64,000 bases of DNA, taken from positions 32,001 through 96,000 of IMG/VR virus record IMGVR_UViG_3300009157_000016; one strand, 5' to 3'. The notes under the pieces are model-generated. The model made no database searches. It was not told the origin of the DNA and saw only the letters and a list, made by a program, of their open reading frames with translations. The stretch comes from a virus. How positions within the stretch are numbered: the stretch's first letter is position 1; every line of letters begins with the position of its first letter. The translations under genes and the position numbers were made by a program. Shown here in pieces: positions 1 to 10,323 of the stretch.

Positions 1-7
1 CAGCGAA

Positions 8-1855
8 ATGATCACGGCCAACGACCTCAAGAACGGTCGCTATGACTACGCGGAAGTGGAAGTGTTCGCAGTCAACTACCGCGACCTTACGATGGGCGTG
101 ATCCGGCTGCGCTACGGCTACTTCGGTGAGAGCGTCCGCTATCCCAGCGGTCTGTTCAGCATTGAACTTCGCGGCCTCACGCAACTGCTCCAGCAGAAGG
201 TGGGAAGGACCATCGTGCCTGAGTGTGATGCTGACCTTGGCGATGATCGCTGCAAGGTCGTCCTCCAGCCGGAGGAAGTCCATCGCAATCACCAGTACAG
301 CGTAGGCGATCGCGTACTCGTTCCTGTTGACGGCGTAGGCGTTGCGCGCCGGTTACCCTTGCTCAACCCGTCCTTTGAGGATGCATCTTCAAGCGCTGTC
401 TTTGGCTGGAGCCTGACCGACTGCTTGGCGCAGAACTTGCCGCCCTACATTGCCAAAGAAGGTCGCGTCTACATCCTGCCTGAGGATGAGGAAGGCAAGG
501 TTGAGCAGCTTGTGGATGAGAACGCCATTGGCGACACGACCACGCTGGCTACGTTCGTGTTCAACCAGTTCCAGCTTAATGCCGACTGGCAGGCGCGCGG
601 CGTGGTAGAGATCCTGGACGCAGGCGGCCTTGTGGCGGTTACGAAGACCACCACGTGGGCGGCCACCACGCTCAATACGTGGGTTACAAGAACGCTGGAC
701 TGCGACGACGAGGACATCACGCCCGGAGGCTTCCGCGTGCGGATCGAGTGGCGGCCTGATCCGGTGGAGCTTCCCACCGGGGCGGCGCAAATCCTGTTCG
801 ATGATTGCAGCATCACGCACAACGGGACTGCGGAAGCCGGCGCAGCGCTCCAGTCACCGGGGTTCGAGCTGACCTATCAGGCTGACCTTGGCATCATATC
901 TTGGGGCGGCGGCTTCGGTCCCGTCAGGCGTCTTGCCAACATCAACTTCCAGCCGTATGAGGGGGAAGCCTATCTCCTCATTAGCACGTTCGATGCCACC
1001 ACGCAGGTCGTGGTTTTCACTGACGCTGACGGCGTTGAGGAAGTGGACATTGACGCCGGCGAGTTCGAGGTCCAAGTCAAGGGCCGCGTGGGCGCTGAGG
1101 AGTGGGGATACGTCTATGAGGTACGGCTTGACTTCCTGACCGCCGCTGACGGCCTTATCTCAACGCTGACCACGGGTGAGATCGAAGTGCGCCCGGAGCG
1201 GGTGTGGCGGGACTTCACCTTGCGCGGCCCTGTGCCGGCCACGGCGCGCAAGGTCAGGGTGGAGCTGGATGGTGGACCGGGGCCGCGCAACACAAGCACG
1301 CGGCAGAAGGTGGTCTATGACGCGGTCTATCTTGACCTCTACGATTCCAACTATCAGGCGAACCGCTTTGACGCTTATGGCGGGATTGAGTTCGTGGCTC
1401 TCACAAACGGCTACACCGCCGGTACCCAGCCCACGTTCGACACGGACCTCGGGGATGAGACGATTGATGGAACGGTCGTGTGGGACGCCGTGGTGCCGAC
1501 ATTCACCTTCCTGGGAACAGTGGTGACCGTCACCGACCACACTCACTTTACCATCTCTGGCGCTGAGAGCGCCGTGGACCAGTGGTTCCAGTTTGGCATC
1601 ATTGAGTTCCTTGACGGTGAGAATGCCGGCCGCATGGTTGAGATCGTGTCGTGGGTCCAGTCCACGGGCGCGCTGGAGATTCTGCTTCCCATGCTGTGGG
1701 AGCCTGAGGTCGGCGACCTCTGCAAGGTCGTGGTAGGATGCGACAAGTCAACGGATATGTGCTTCACGCGGTTCAACAACATCCTCAACTTCCGCGGCTT
1801 CCCGGCAGTGCCGGGGACAGATGAGTACTTCAAGGTAGGAGGCGTTTCAACATGA
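8..1855 (+). CDS. DUF2163/BR0599-type tail hub protein (probably 5'-truncated by the window) with inserted beta-sandwich domains
   Basis: N-part ELRGLTQLLQQKVGR..CDADLGDDRC and C-terminal GCDKSTDMCFTRFNNILNFRGFPAVPG are typical of GTA/alphaproteobacterial phage BR0599 proteins; followed by an NlpC/P60 gene. Confidence 0.85.
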   Translation: MITANDLKNGRYDYAEVEVFAVNYRDLTMGVIRLRYGYFGESVRYPSGLFSIELRGLTQLLQQKVGRTIVPECDADLGDDRCKVVLQPEEVHRNHQYSVGDRVLVPVDGVGVARRLPLLNPSFEDASSSAVFGWSLTDCLAQNLPPYIAKEGRVYILPEDEEGKVEQLVDENAIGDTTTLATFVFNQFQLNADWQARGVVEILDAGGLVAVTKTTTWAATTLNTWVTRTLDCDDEDITPGGFRVRIEWRPDPVELPTGAAQILFDDCSITHNGTAEAGAALQSPGFELTYQADLGIISWGGGFGPVRRLANINFQPYEGEAYLLISTFDATTQVVVFTDADGVEEVDIDAGEFEVQVKGRVGAEEWGYVYEVRLDFLTAADGLISTLTTGEIEVRPERVWRDFTLRGPVPATARKVRVELDGGPGPRNTSTRQKVVYDAVYLDLYDSNYQANRFDAYGGIEFVALTNGYTAGTQPTFDTDLGDETIDGTVVWDAVVPTFTFLGTVVTVTDHTHFTISGAESAVDQWFQFGIIEFLDGENAGRMVEIVSWVQSTGALEILLPMLWEPEVGDLCKVVVGCDKSTDMCFTRFNNILNFRGFPAVPGTDEYFKVGGVST

Positions 1856-2268
1856 CACGCGATGAGATTGTCGCCGAAGCGCGCAGCTACCTGGAGGTCC
1901 ATTTCAAGCTGCACGGCCGCAGTCGTGTCGGCATTGACTGCATTGGCCTTCTCATCGCGGTGGCCAAGTCCTTCGGCCAGACGATTGAGGACCGGGTCGA
2001 CTACTCGCTTCGCAGCCCGTTCGAGGTAATGCTGAACAAGCATCTGCGGGCACACTGCAATCCTGCCCCCATCACGCCTATCCGGCATGGGCAGATCCTC
2101 AAGTTCCGGCAGTCGCAGATTCCCATGCACGTAGGCATCCTGACGATGGACGGCAGGGTGCCTACGGTCATCAACGCCAATCTGCGTAAGCGCAAGGTCG
2201 TGGAAGAGCCGCTGACCGAGTGGAAGAACTTGCTGATGGAAATTCGCGAGTTCAAGGGAGTCGTCTGA
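1852..2268 (+). CDS. NlpC/P60 family tail-associated peptidase
   Basis: IVAEARSYL..HGRSRVGIDCIGL catalytic Cys and HVGI His motif; position between DUF2163 and tail tip genes. Confidence 0.9.
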   Translation: MTRDEIVAEARSYLEVHFKLHGRSRVGIDCIGLLIAVAKSFGQTIEDRVDYSLRSPFEVMLNKHLRAHCNPAPITPIRHGQILKFRQSQIPMHVGILTMDGRVPTVINANLRKRKVVEEPLTEWKNLLMEIREFKGVV

Positions 2269-5200
2269 TGCAACTAGCTGTAGCCTTCGGCGCGCAAGGG
2301 CTTCTCAGCTCGGCCGGGTTGCTGCGGATTGGCCTTGGGGTCGGTTCCGCAGTTGCCATGTACATGCTTGGCAGCCGGGACAGTGAGAGCAACCGGCTCA
2401 ACGACCTCAAGGTGTCTTGCAGCACCTACGGGAAGGGTCTGCCCATTGTGTTCGGCACGATGCGCACGACCGGGAATATGATTTGGGCCACCGACTTTGA
2501 GGAGGAAAAATCCTACTTCGACTCCAAGGGCAAGGACATCACCGACAAGAAAAAGGCGGAGAAGAAGGGAACTGAGTTCTACGAATACTTCGCCAATTTC
2601 GCAATGGCCTTGTGTGAAGGTCCGGTTGATGAACTCCTGCGCGTATGGGCAGATGGGAACCTTATCTACGACAAGTACAACCCTGACAACGAGGACCTGG
2701 TCGGCCCCGGCTTCTCAACTGACGAAGAGGACGGCGGCAAGAGCGGCAAGACCGCCGGCAAGGGCAAGGGCAGTGAAGGCGGCGACTCAGGCCGCTTCGC
2801 TTTCCGCTTCTATGACGGCAGTGAGGAGCAGCTACAGGACCCGTTCATGGTGTCCAAGGAGGGCGTTGAGAAGGTCCCCGGCTACCGTGGTTGCTGCTAC
2901 ATCTTCTTTGAGCACTTCGCCCTGATGGACTTCGGCAACCGCTGCCCCACCATCACGGCCGAGGTCTCGGTCTTGAAGAAGCGGGCGGTCAGCTATGTCT
3001 ACGCCAAGCCCATCATGGATGAGGATGCGCCGCAGCCGGTTGACAACAATCTGGAAGACGCGGTGTACGTTGATCCCAATCGCTACCGCTGCTACGTGAT
3101 CAAGGACTCGGTGGAAGGCGGCCGGCTGGTTCAGGTCTACGACATCAGCACGCTGGAGGAAGTGACACGCGCCCGCATCACCGGCGAAGTGGACAGCATC
3201 CCGCAGTACAACGGCTTGGGCCAGTTCATAGGCTACGCGTCGCTCGACCTGGAGGCCCTGCATATCATTGGCGTCTCGGCCGAGGGTGATCTGGTAGGCG
3301 TGCCGGGCGGCGGCAACAGTCAGCCCATCGTCTTCCTTGATCCCAACACGTTCACTGCAAAGTTCGTGTTTGGTGCTTCGTCGGCCGACCTCAGCAACAC
3401 CGACTTAAGCATCCAGCACGCGGAATGGGCGGTGCCGCTTATGACGATGAGCGTGGACCCGGTGAGCGGGGAAACCACGCCTTACTTCGTGACCGGTATC
3501 ATCAGCCAGTTCGGTGACTTGGCGTTCTTCCAGAACGTCGGCGGGGTGTACAACTACACCTACCAGAACACTGCCATTCCCGGCAGCAGCCATTTTATCT
3601 TCCCCGGCCTGCCTGACGTGGACAGCTCGTTCATGTATGTGCAGACAGAAGGTAAGATCTATCGCTGCAACACGGTCGGCGCTCCCGTTGAAGGGACAAT
3701 GTTCGGTCAGGCTGACACAAGCGTCCTGATCTATGAGCCTACGCTGCTCCCGGCTGACATAAGCATCAGCGCGACGACTGTCCCGTCGGTGTTCGTGGGG
3801 GCTGAGTGCATTGGCTTCTTGGAGCAGATCAGCTCCAACGATCCGGCACGCGACGGCCTGTGGGCGGTCAAGCTGGACCCGTTTGACGGGACGGAACTGT
3901 GGCGCGGCAAGATCACCGACTCCAGCGGGTGGTACTACAGCGGCAGGATGCAGCAGACGCCTATCATCACCGGCAACAAGATCATGTGGCTGGGGCAGAC
4001 GGTGTCCTCAACCTACACCGTGTTCGAGGTGGACTACCGCACGCTGGAAATCAACAGCTTCATCCTACCCGAGGAGGGTTCCCCCAACGACGGCTTCGCC
4101 GGTCAGTTTCAGGCGTACTGGGCACCGGGCGGCTACATCCTGATTGGCGGCCTCATTGAGGATGGCTCTGAGTTTGACGGCGAGTGGTCAATCTTCCTTG
4201 CCAAGGTTGACAAGCTGTCTCAAGTGGCCGTGGGGGTGCGGGACATCTGCTCCGGCTTGTGTGAGCGCGTGGGCCTGCCGCCTGAGCGCTTCAATCTGTC
4301 GTCGCTGACGGACGACGAGATCATCGGCTACATCATTGAGGAACCGACCGGGGCGCGCAACGTCATTGAGGATCTGACGAAGATCTTCATGTTTGACGTG
4401 GTTGAGAGCGACTACGCGCTGAAATTCGTCACGCGCGGCGGTCCGTCCATCTTGACCATCCCGCAGGAGGACTTGGGCATCATCATTGAGGATACCCATG
4501 AGCCCTACAAGGAGACGACCGTCCAAGCCATTGACTGTCCCATGACGGTCAACATTGGATACGTCAACCCGGAGGAAGACTACAAGAACGGGATGCAGCA
4601 CTACAAGCGCCCGCGCAGCCCCATGCCGGTCATGCATTCCCGTGACGTGCTTGAGATCTCGTATCCTATGGCCATGACACCTGACTTCGCCAAGCAGACG
4701 GCGCAGAAGGTGTGCGTCAGCATTTGGGCAGAGCGCACGAACTACGACACGCTCCTGCCTTGGGAATACCTTGCCTACGACCCGGCTGACGTGGTGACGT
4801 TCGTGATGGATGATGGCTTCTCATTCGTCACGCGCTTGCTCAAGATGGACTTGGGCGGTGACTTCTCAATTGAGTCTGAGGCGTGCGGCTACCAGCCGGG
4901 CTCCTACAGCAGCGACATCCTTGCGGTGAAGCCCGGCCATACCTTCCCCATTCCCAGCCGGCCAGCGCCGGTTGTCTTCCCCATCGTGCTTGACGTGCCG
5001 TTCCTTAGTGACGGCGACGCCTCGGCGGGTGGTGGTGGCTTCTCATACTATTGGGGAGCGGGTGCCTACAGCCCCGGCCTCAAGTACGCTGCCCTAGAAC
5101 GGCGCGTGACACCGGGCGACTGGGAGCTTATGGACGCGACCAGCCATGAGGCTATCTACGGAACGGTTTTTGACACCGTGCCGCCGCCTCCCAACGGGCC

Positions 5201-5999
5201 GTTCGCAACGGATGATCAGACAGTGCTCACCCTAGCGCAGGCCCACAGTTTCCAGTTCGGCACGCAACAGTTCGAGTGGGTAAGCATTCCTGCTGCCAAC
5301 TGGCCGTCAGAGGACAACATGGTCATCATCGGAGACGAGGTGATCTTGTTCCGTGACGTGAACGAACTAGGCGACGGGCGGGTTGAGATCAGTCACCTGA
5401 TCCGTGGCTGGCGCGGCACTGAGAACGCCGCCTATGCTCACGTCGGGAAGTTCAATGAGACGTGGATCGTGGTGACGACCAACGGCGTGCGGGACGTGGC
5501 TGAGGACATCAATCTGATCAACACGCAGTTCCAGTTCAAGGCGGCCTCACCGGGTCTCATGATTAGCATCCCGCAAGTCTATCCCAAGGTGCTGACCGGT
5601 GCGTCCTTGAAGCCCTATGCGCCCGGCTATTTCAACCGGCTGGAGGACACGCCGGGGGCGGGTGACATCCGCATCACGTGGCAGCGTCGCACGCGCTACG
5701 GCGGCGGTCTCAAGAACGGGACGGCGGTGGTGCCGCTGAATGAGGAAGCGGAGGTCTATGACGCCTACATCCTTGCCGCACCATTTGACGCGACAACCTT
5801 CGACCCGGCCGACCCTGAAACCTTCGTGCGTGAGTTCCCCGGCCTGACCAGTCCGCAGTTGGACTACCTAGCGGCTGACTTGGCTACGGACGGCTTCACG
5901 CTGGCGAGCCCGCTGCACGTTGTAGTCTTCCAAATCAGTGCTACGGTAGGGCGTGGATTCCCCGGTAGCACTACCCTGTATCATTCCGTCGTGACGTGA
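2268..5999 (+). CDS. Tail tip / host-specificity (Phage-tail_3-like megatron) protein
   Basis: STYGKGLPIVFGTMRTTGNMIW, ALCEGPVDELLRVWADG, PGYRG..FGNRCP, LSHLIRGWRGTE-type and ITWQRRTRYGG motifs; start taken at the ATG overlapping the upstream TGA. Confidence 0.85.
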   Translation: MQLAVAFGAQGLLSSAGLLRIGLGVGSAVAMYMLGSRDSESNRLNDLKVSCSTYGKGLPIVFGTMRTTGNMIWATDFEEEKSYFDSKGKDITDKKKAEKKGTEFYEYFANFAMALCEGPVDELLRVWADGNLIYDKYNPDNEDLVGPGFSTDEEDGGKSGKTAGKGKGSEGGDSGRFAFRFYDGSEEQLQDPFMVSKEGVEKVPGYRGCCYIFFEHFALMDFGNRCPTITAEVSVLKKRAVSYVYAKPIMDEDAPQPVDNNLEDAVYVDPNRYRCYVIKDSVEGGRLVQVYDISTLEEVTRARITGEVDSIPQYNGLGQFIGYASLDLEALHIIGVSAEGDLVGVPGGGNSQPIVFLDPNTFTAKFVFGASSADLSNTDLSIQHAEWAVPLMTMSVDPVSGETTPYFVTGIISQFGDLAFFQNVGGVYNYTYQNTAIPGSSHFIFPGLPDVDSSFMYVQTEGKIYRCNTVGAPVEGTMFGQADTSVLIYEPTLLPADISISATTVPSVFVGAECIGFLEQISSNDPARDGLWAVKLDPFDGTELWRGKITDSSGWYYSGRMQQTPIITGNKIMWLGQTVSSTYTVFEVDYRTLEINSFILPEEGSPNDGFAGQFQAYWAPGGYILIGGLIEDGSEFDGEWSIFLAKVDKLSQVAVGVRDICSGLCERVGLPPERFNLSSLTDDEIIGYIIEEPTGARNVIEDLTKIFMFDVVESDYALKFVTRGGPSILTIPQEDLGIIIEDTHEPYKETTVQAIDCPMTVNIGYVNPEEDYKNGMQHYKRPRSPMPVMHSRDVLEISYPMAMTPDFAKQTAQKVCVSIWAERTNYDTLLPWEYLAYDPADVVTFVMDDGFSFVTRLLKMDLGGDFSIESEACGYQPGSYSSDILAVKPGHTFPIPSRPAPVVFPIVLDVPFLSDGDASAGGGGFSYYWGAGAYSPGLKYAALERRVTPGDWELMDATSHEAIYGTVFDTVPPPPNGPFATDDQTVLTLAQAHSFQFGTQQFEWVSIPAANWPSEDNMVIIGDEVILFRDVNELGDGRVEISHLIRGWRGTENAAYAHVGKFNETWIVVTTNGVRDVAEDINLINTQFQFKAASPGLMISIPQVYPKVLTGASLKPYAPGYFNRLEDTPGAGDIRITWQRRTRYGGGLKNGTAVVPLNEEAEVYDAYILAAPFDATTFDPADPETFVREFPGLTSPQLDYLAADLATDGFTLASPLHVVVFQISATVGRGFPGSTTLYHSVVT

Positions 6000-6008
6000 G
6001 GACCTGAC

Positions 6009-6809
6009 ATGGCTGACAGCCCCATCCTTGGTATCCCTGAGGTCCTGCCGAACCAAGCGGCAAAAGAAGTAACGATAAACGATGGCTTTTCCATCTCTGA
6101 GCGCGCGGCCAACGCGACCGGTGTGGTGGATATGACTGCCGGCAACGTGGACCTGACAGCATCTCCCAACGACTTCAAGCATCACATGGTGCTGCGGTGC
6201 GAAGGCCACACTGTTCCGCGCACGCTTACCATTCCAGCACAGGAGCGGTGGTTCGCTGTCCACAACGCTGGAACGGGGGTGGTGACCGTGGACCCCGGCG
6301 CTGGCGCTTCTGTGAACGTAGCTGTTGGTTCTAAGTGCCTCCTTGCTTGCGACGGCGTAGACGTGGAACTGATTGCCGACAGCGCGGCGGTGACAATTCC
6401 CGGATTGGATGGCCTTACCGACGTTACCATCACGACGCCGGTAGCTGGTCAGATTCTGGAATACAATGGTTCTGCGTGGGTGAATGGCAGTCGCTATCCC
6501 GCGCCGGTCAACATCACGGCGACTGGGGAAATCAACGCCGCTTCGCACGCCGGAAAGTTCCTGCACGTCAGCAGTGCGACGGACGTTACTTTGACCATTG
6601 ACGCGGAAGCTGACGGCGCATGGCCGGCTGATACTGAGATGAGCGGTGTCCAGTACAATACTGGAAAGGTTATTTTCGCTGTGCAGACGGGCAGCCTGCG
6701 AGTTCCTACAGGCTGCGAACCGAACACACGCGATCAGTATTCCAGCTTTGCGCTCAAGCGGCTTGCTTCCAATGAATGGCTTCTTACGGGGGATTTGGAA
6801 CTGACATGA
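6009..6809 (+). CDS. Tail fibre-associated protein, DUF2793-like N-terminus
   Basis: SPILGIPEVLPNQAAKEVTINDG N-terminus; LDGLTDVTITTPVAGQILEYNGSAWVN fibre linker; C-terminal WLLTGDL. Confidence 0.65.
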   Translation: MADSPILGIPEVLPNQAAKEVTINDGFSISERAANATGVVDMTAGNVDLTASPNDFKHHMVLRCEGHTVPRTLTIPAQERWFAVHNAGTGVVTVDPGAGASVNVAVGSKCLLACDGVDVELIADSAAVTIPGLDGLTDVTITTPVAGQILEYNGSAWVNGSRYPAPVNITATGEINAASHAGKFLHVSSATDVTLTIDAEADGAWPADTEMSGVQYNTGKVIFAVQTGSLRVPTGCEPNTRDQYSSFALKRLASNEWLLTGDLELT

Positions 6810-7582
6810 GCATACATCCCTTTCCTCTGGGAATTGTTTCCAGTCCTCTCATCGGGAGCGCGGGTGGCGGCGGCGGGCCGGCAACGGACCCGTTCTTCGC
6901 CAACGTCCTTGCGTTGCTCAACTTCCAGACGTCGGTTATCACGAATAGCGGACCTTCCGGGTTCACCTTCACGTCCTCCCTTGTCGCACTGACGACAGGA
7001 TCAGGCGGTAAGTTTGGGGAAGGTGTGCATCAGCCTACCGGAGCGGTCGGCAGCCACACCTTCCAGGGTGTGAACACCGACAATTGGGATTTCACCACGG
7101 TAGACTTCACGGTCGAAGCTTGGGTTTATCGTGAGAACGCTGTGACCAAAGCTTTGCTCTCTCATTGGCGCAATGCCAGCTCGCAGCAAGCGTGGTGGAT
7201 GGGCATTGATGGCACTGGCCATCTTCGCGTTGATTTCAACGCGCCGGTCTCGACGCCGCTTAATATCGTGGATACCGGCGTGATGTCGAACTCTGCTTGG
7301 GATCACGTGGTCTTTGAGCGCGCCAGCACTACGTTCCGCCTCTACAGGAACGGGGCTATGGTCGGTACCAAGATCACTGGCAATTCCAGCTCCCTAGCGG
7401 CCGTGACAAACGCCGCTGACGACTTCCTGCGGATCGGCATTCTCGCAGGTGCGGCTCAGAATTTCTTCGACGACGACTTTCCGAACCAACGCATGGACGA
7501 GATTCGCATCACGCGCGGCACGGCGCGCTACGCTAGCGATGCCGGCTATACGGTGCCCAGCGCTCCCTTCCCGACCTCATAG
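6806..7582 (+). CDS. LamG/ConA-like lectin domain protein (putative receptor binding)
   Basis: DPFFANVLALLNF, DFTVEAWVY, WDHVVFER, MDEIRITRGTARY..PSAPFP. Confidence 0.85.
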   Translation: MSIHPFPLGIVSSPLIGSAGGGGGPATDPFFANVLALLNFQTSVITNSGPSGFTFTSSLVALTTGSGGKFGEGVHQPTGAVGSHTFQGVNTDNWDFTTVDFTVEAWVYRENAVTKALLSHWRNASSQQAWWMGIDGTGHLRVDFNAPVSTPLNIVDTGVMSNSAWDHVVFERASTTFRLYRNGAMVGTKITGNSSSLAAVTNAADDFLRIGILAGAAQNFFDDDFPNQRMDEIRITRGTARYASDAGYTVPSAPFPTS

Positions 7583-7588
7583 GTGACG

Positions 7589-7611
7589 GCATACGGCTTC
7601 ATGCCGTATGC
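7589..7611. terminator. Stem-loop after the tail genes (terminator or processing hairpin)
   Basis: gcatacggc-ttcat-gccgtatgc perfect 9-bp stem; no strong U tract. Confidence 0.45.
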
Positions 7612-7633
7612 TACTCCGATAGGTTAGAAGGAG

Positions 7634-8281
7634 ATGACGATGCACAGGAACTACATCATCACAATCATCGCCGTGCTGGTCTTGGCGGCAATGCCGGTCG
7701 GCATGGTCAAAATGGGCCGCGCCGTGGCTCAGACAGCCCCGACAGCAGCCGAAGCGCCTAGCGCCGGCCCTGTGCCGCTGGTCGGCCTTGACAGCGCTGC
7801 GACGCCCGCCTCACAGGCCACCGAAGCTGTTCCCGTTGTGAGCGTGCCAAGCGGCGAACCGATGAGCGTCACCGGCGATGCCCTGATTGACAAAATCGTG
7901 GGGTATCTCATCGCGCTCACGTCAGCGCTGGTACCGGTACTCATCACGATGATCACCTTGTCGTTCCAGAAGCGAACGGGCATCAAGGTCGACGAGGACC
8001 TGCGTGCGAGCTTCCAGTCAGCGCTCAATAACGGTGCCGGCCTGCTCATCCAGCGGTTGGGCAAGGAAGCGGCGGCCATGACGAACTTGGACACCGCCAA
8101 TCCGAACGTGAAGGACGCAATTGCGCTCGTGAAAGCGGGTGCCGGCGAGGCTATTGACCACTGGAAGATTCCTCCCAACGAAGTCATCAAGCGGCTGGAA
8201 GCCAAGATTGGTATCCAGACCGGCATGACCGACGACCTCGGCATCCCACTGACTGCAAAGTTCCCTGCGCCGATTGCGTAG
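7634..8281 (+). CDS. Membrane protein, holin-like
   Basis: N-terminal hydrophobic helix, a second TM (IVGYLIALTSALVPVLITMITL) and a helical C-domain; follows the tail genes. Confidence 0.4.
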   Translation: MTMHRNYIITIIAVLVLAAMPVGMVKMGRAVAQTAPTAAEAPSAGPVPLVGLDSAATPASQATEAVPVVSVPSGEPMSVTGDALIDKIVGYLIALTSALVPVLITMITLSFQKRTGIKVDEDLRASFQSALNNGAGLLIQRLGKEAAAMTNLDTANPNVKDAIALVKAGAGEAIDHWKIPPNEVIKRLEAKIGIQTGMTDDLGIPLTAKFPAPIA

Positions 8282-8294
8282 GTAGGAGTGGTCG

Positions 8295-8768
8295 ATGGCC
8301 GAAGTGGTTTCTGGGACGGGCTTCGACACGTTGATCCTTGAGCTCGTCAAGTACGGCGTTTTCGGTGTTCTATTCGGGTTGTTGATCATCGCCTATCGCG
8401 AAAAGCTTAAGGAGTTGAATACGCTTTGGAAGGAGCGTATTGAGGACAACAAGCAGGTTGCGCAGGTCGCCACCACCACGAACAAAATGTATGAGGAGCT
8501 GGCACGCTCCATGAACTCTCGTGGTCAGACGATGGAACATATGGGTGAGGCCCAATCCATTGCCGCCAAGGCTTTGGAGAAGCAAGCCGAGCTCCTTGAT
8601 CTTATCCGTCGCATTGCAGAAGCTAACGGCAATGAGATGCGACGGATAACTGAGACACAAGAACGCACACGGCGGGATTTGGAAGCACTTACAGTAAGAA
8701 CAGAAGAACTTCTTCGTCAAGTGACTATCTTGCTTGAGAATCCGCCAAAGCGCGTGACTGTTAGATGA
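8295..8768 (+). CDS. Single-TM coiled-coil membrane protein
   Basis: TM YGVFGVLFGLLIIAY followed by heptad-rich helix; AGGAG RBS. Confidence 0.6.
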   Translation: MAEVVSGTGFDTLILELVKYGVFGVLFGLLIIAYREKLKELNTLWKERIEDNKQVAQVATTTNKMYEELARSMNSRGQTMEHMGEAQSIAAKALEKQAELLDLIRRIAEANGNEMRRITETQERTRRDLEALTVRTEELLRQVTILLENPPKRVTVR

Positions 8769-9085
8769 GCTTCGTCCAAAGAATCTTGGACCGTTGGCTA
8801 GGCGAGCCCGGTACCGCCGATCTGCCGGCTGAGGCTGCGGCTTCGTCTGAGGAGGCCAAGCAAAAGGTAAAGGAGCTTCGAGGGAGCACTGCCGGCATAC
8901 TCAAGCAAGTGCGCAGCGAACGCCGTGAGGCGGATAAGGTGCTTGACGTGGTGCATGAAACAACTGACATTCTTAAGGGAGTTGAGGAGCGCGCGGAATC
9001 TCGAGATCAGGAAACAATGACCAAGCTTTTGGAAGACACACTCGACCTTCTGAGAAGGAGGAAAGACAACAATGAGCACCGTTAA
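8765..9085 (+). CDS. Hypothetical coiled-coil protein
   Basis: Translationally coupled to both neighbours; charged helical sequence. Confidence 0.6.
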   Translation: MSFVQRILDRWLGEPGTADLPAEAAASSEEAKQKVKELRGSTAGILKQVRSERREADKVLDVVHETTDILKGVEERAESRDQETMTKLLEDTLDLLRRRKDNNEHR

Positions 9086-9563
9086 GAAGCATTGGCGCTG
9101 GATAGCGTTCGTAACGGTCCTCGTGTCGAGCTATCTTGGCTTAGTTGCGCTGCTCGGATTCGAGAACATTGCGATCCCGAATCACTTCGCGCGGGTTGCT
9201 CTTGTTACGGCCGGCTTCATTCTTTTCGTGCGTGAGATTGCTGGAGTGTTCCATGAAATACCCGCTCCTCGTCGAGACTACCTGCTAGCAGGGATCATTT
9301 GCAATTCCGCATCTGGTCTCGGGTTTTCTCTTTGGAACGAAACGAGCCGATTGTTTGATGTCGACTCTAATGTTTTCACCAGTCCGGTTGCTGGTTTTTT
9401 CAGCCTCCTCTTGACGCTTAGCTATGTGTTCTTCATTCTTGCTGTACCGGGTTATGAAGGCGAAGACGGTAATTGGTTTTCACGGCACTGGAAGACAATT
9501 TCCATTGTAATCGGCTGTTTAGTTGGGTTAGCAATCGCTCTTGTCGCACCGATGTTTCGGTAG
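9072..9563 (+). CDS. Multi-TM membrane protein
   Basis: About 5 hydrophobic segments. Confidence 0.65.
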   Translation: MSTVKKHWRWIAFVTVLVSSYLGLVALLGFENIAIPNHFARVALVTAGFILFVREIAGVFHEIPAPRRDYLLAGIICNSASGLGFSLWNETSRLFDVDSNVFTSPVAGFFSLLLTLSYVFFILAVPGYEGEDGNWFSRHWKTISIVIGCLVGLAIALVAPMFR

Positions 9564-9585
9564 GTGAAAAACGAAGGAGACTGAC

Positions 9586-9744
9586 ATGACACTTGGAACG
9601 ATCTTACTTATCATTCTCATCCTGTTGCTGATTGGCGCTATCCCCCGTTGGGGATACAACAGCAGTTGGGGTTACGGTCCCGGTGGCATCGTGGGCGTGC
9701 TCTTGATCATCGTCCTCATTTTGTTCCTCACCGGGCATATCTGA
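9586..9744 (+). CDS. DUF3309 family small membrane protein (52 aa, absent from ORF track)
   Basis: My translation: MTLGTILLIILILLLIGAIPRWGYNSSWGYGPGGIVGVLLIIVLILFLTGHI; AAGGAGA RBS. Confidence 0.85.
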   Translation: MTLGTILLIILILLLIGAIPRWGYNSSWGYGPGGIVGVLLIIVLILFLTGHI

Positions 9745-9803
9745 CCCTCTGGACGTCCTAGGTCTGTGAGGCTAAGCTTGGTTGCTCGTAAGGAGAGTTA
9801 ACC

Positions 9804-10061
9804 ATGCATCGTATTCTTGTCTTGGCGTTCGCCCTGCCGCTTGCTGGCTGCACCACATTCGCCGCAAATCAAGGTCCGGGCTGTGCCGCTGGAACCATTG
9901 TCGGTGCCACTGCCGGCGGTCTTGCGGGGAGTGCCATCGGGGCCGGGTCCGGTCAGCTCGCGGCAATAGGTGCCGGCGTAGCGCTTGGAGGCGCTGCCGG
10001 CTATGCGGTCACACCCGCCTGCCGACGGAACGAAGTGGTGCTCATCGAATCTCTGAAATAG
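9804..10061 (+). CDS. Glycine-zipper 2TM lipoprotein
   Basis: Lipobox LAGC; GTIVGATAGGLAGSAIGAGSGQLAAIGAGVALGGAAG glycine zipper; AAGGAG RBS. Confidence 0.85.
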   Translation: MHRILVLAFALPLAGCTTFAANQGPGCAAGTIVGATAGGLAGSAIGAGSGQLAAIGAGVALGGAAGYAVTPACRRNEVVLIESLK

Positions 10062-10089
10062 CTTTAGCCTCAACTGAGGCAGGAAGGAG

Positions 10090-10323
10090 GTGAAAGGAAT
10101 GATCAACATTGGACAGGCTGTTACGTATGTTGATCCGCGCGGGCAGGATCGCCCGGCGGTCGTCACGAACGTTTTCGGGAAGGACGACACGCCGAGCATC
10201 AACGTCGTTTTCGTGAACGACGATGAAAGCCAGTCGGACAACTACGGAAGGAAGATCGAGCGTGCGACTTCAGTGCCGCACGGCGATCAGCAGAAGGCTC
10301 ACGGGAACTACTGGACCCCGTGA
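10090..10323 (+). CDS. Hypothetical protein
   Basis: GGAGG RBS; IGQAVTYVD..RPAVVTNV..INVVF pattern seen in small phage proteins. Confidence 0.6.
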   Translation: MKGMINIGQAVTYVDPRGQDRPAVVTNVFGKDDTPSINVVFVNDDESQSDNYGRKIERATSVPHGDQQKAHGNYWTP

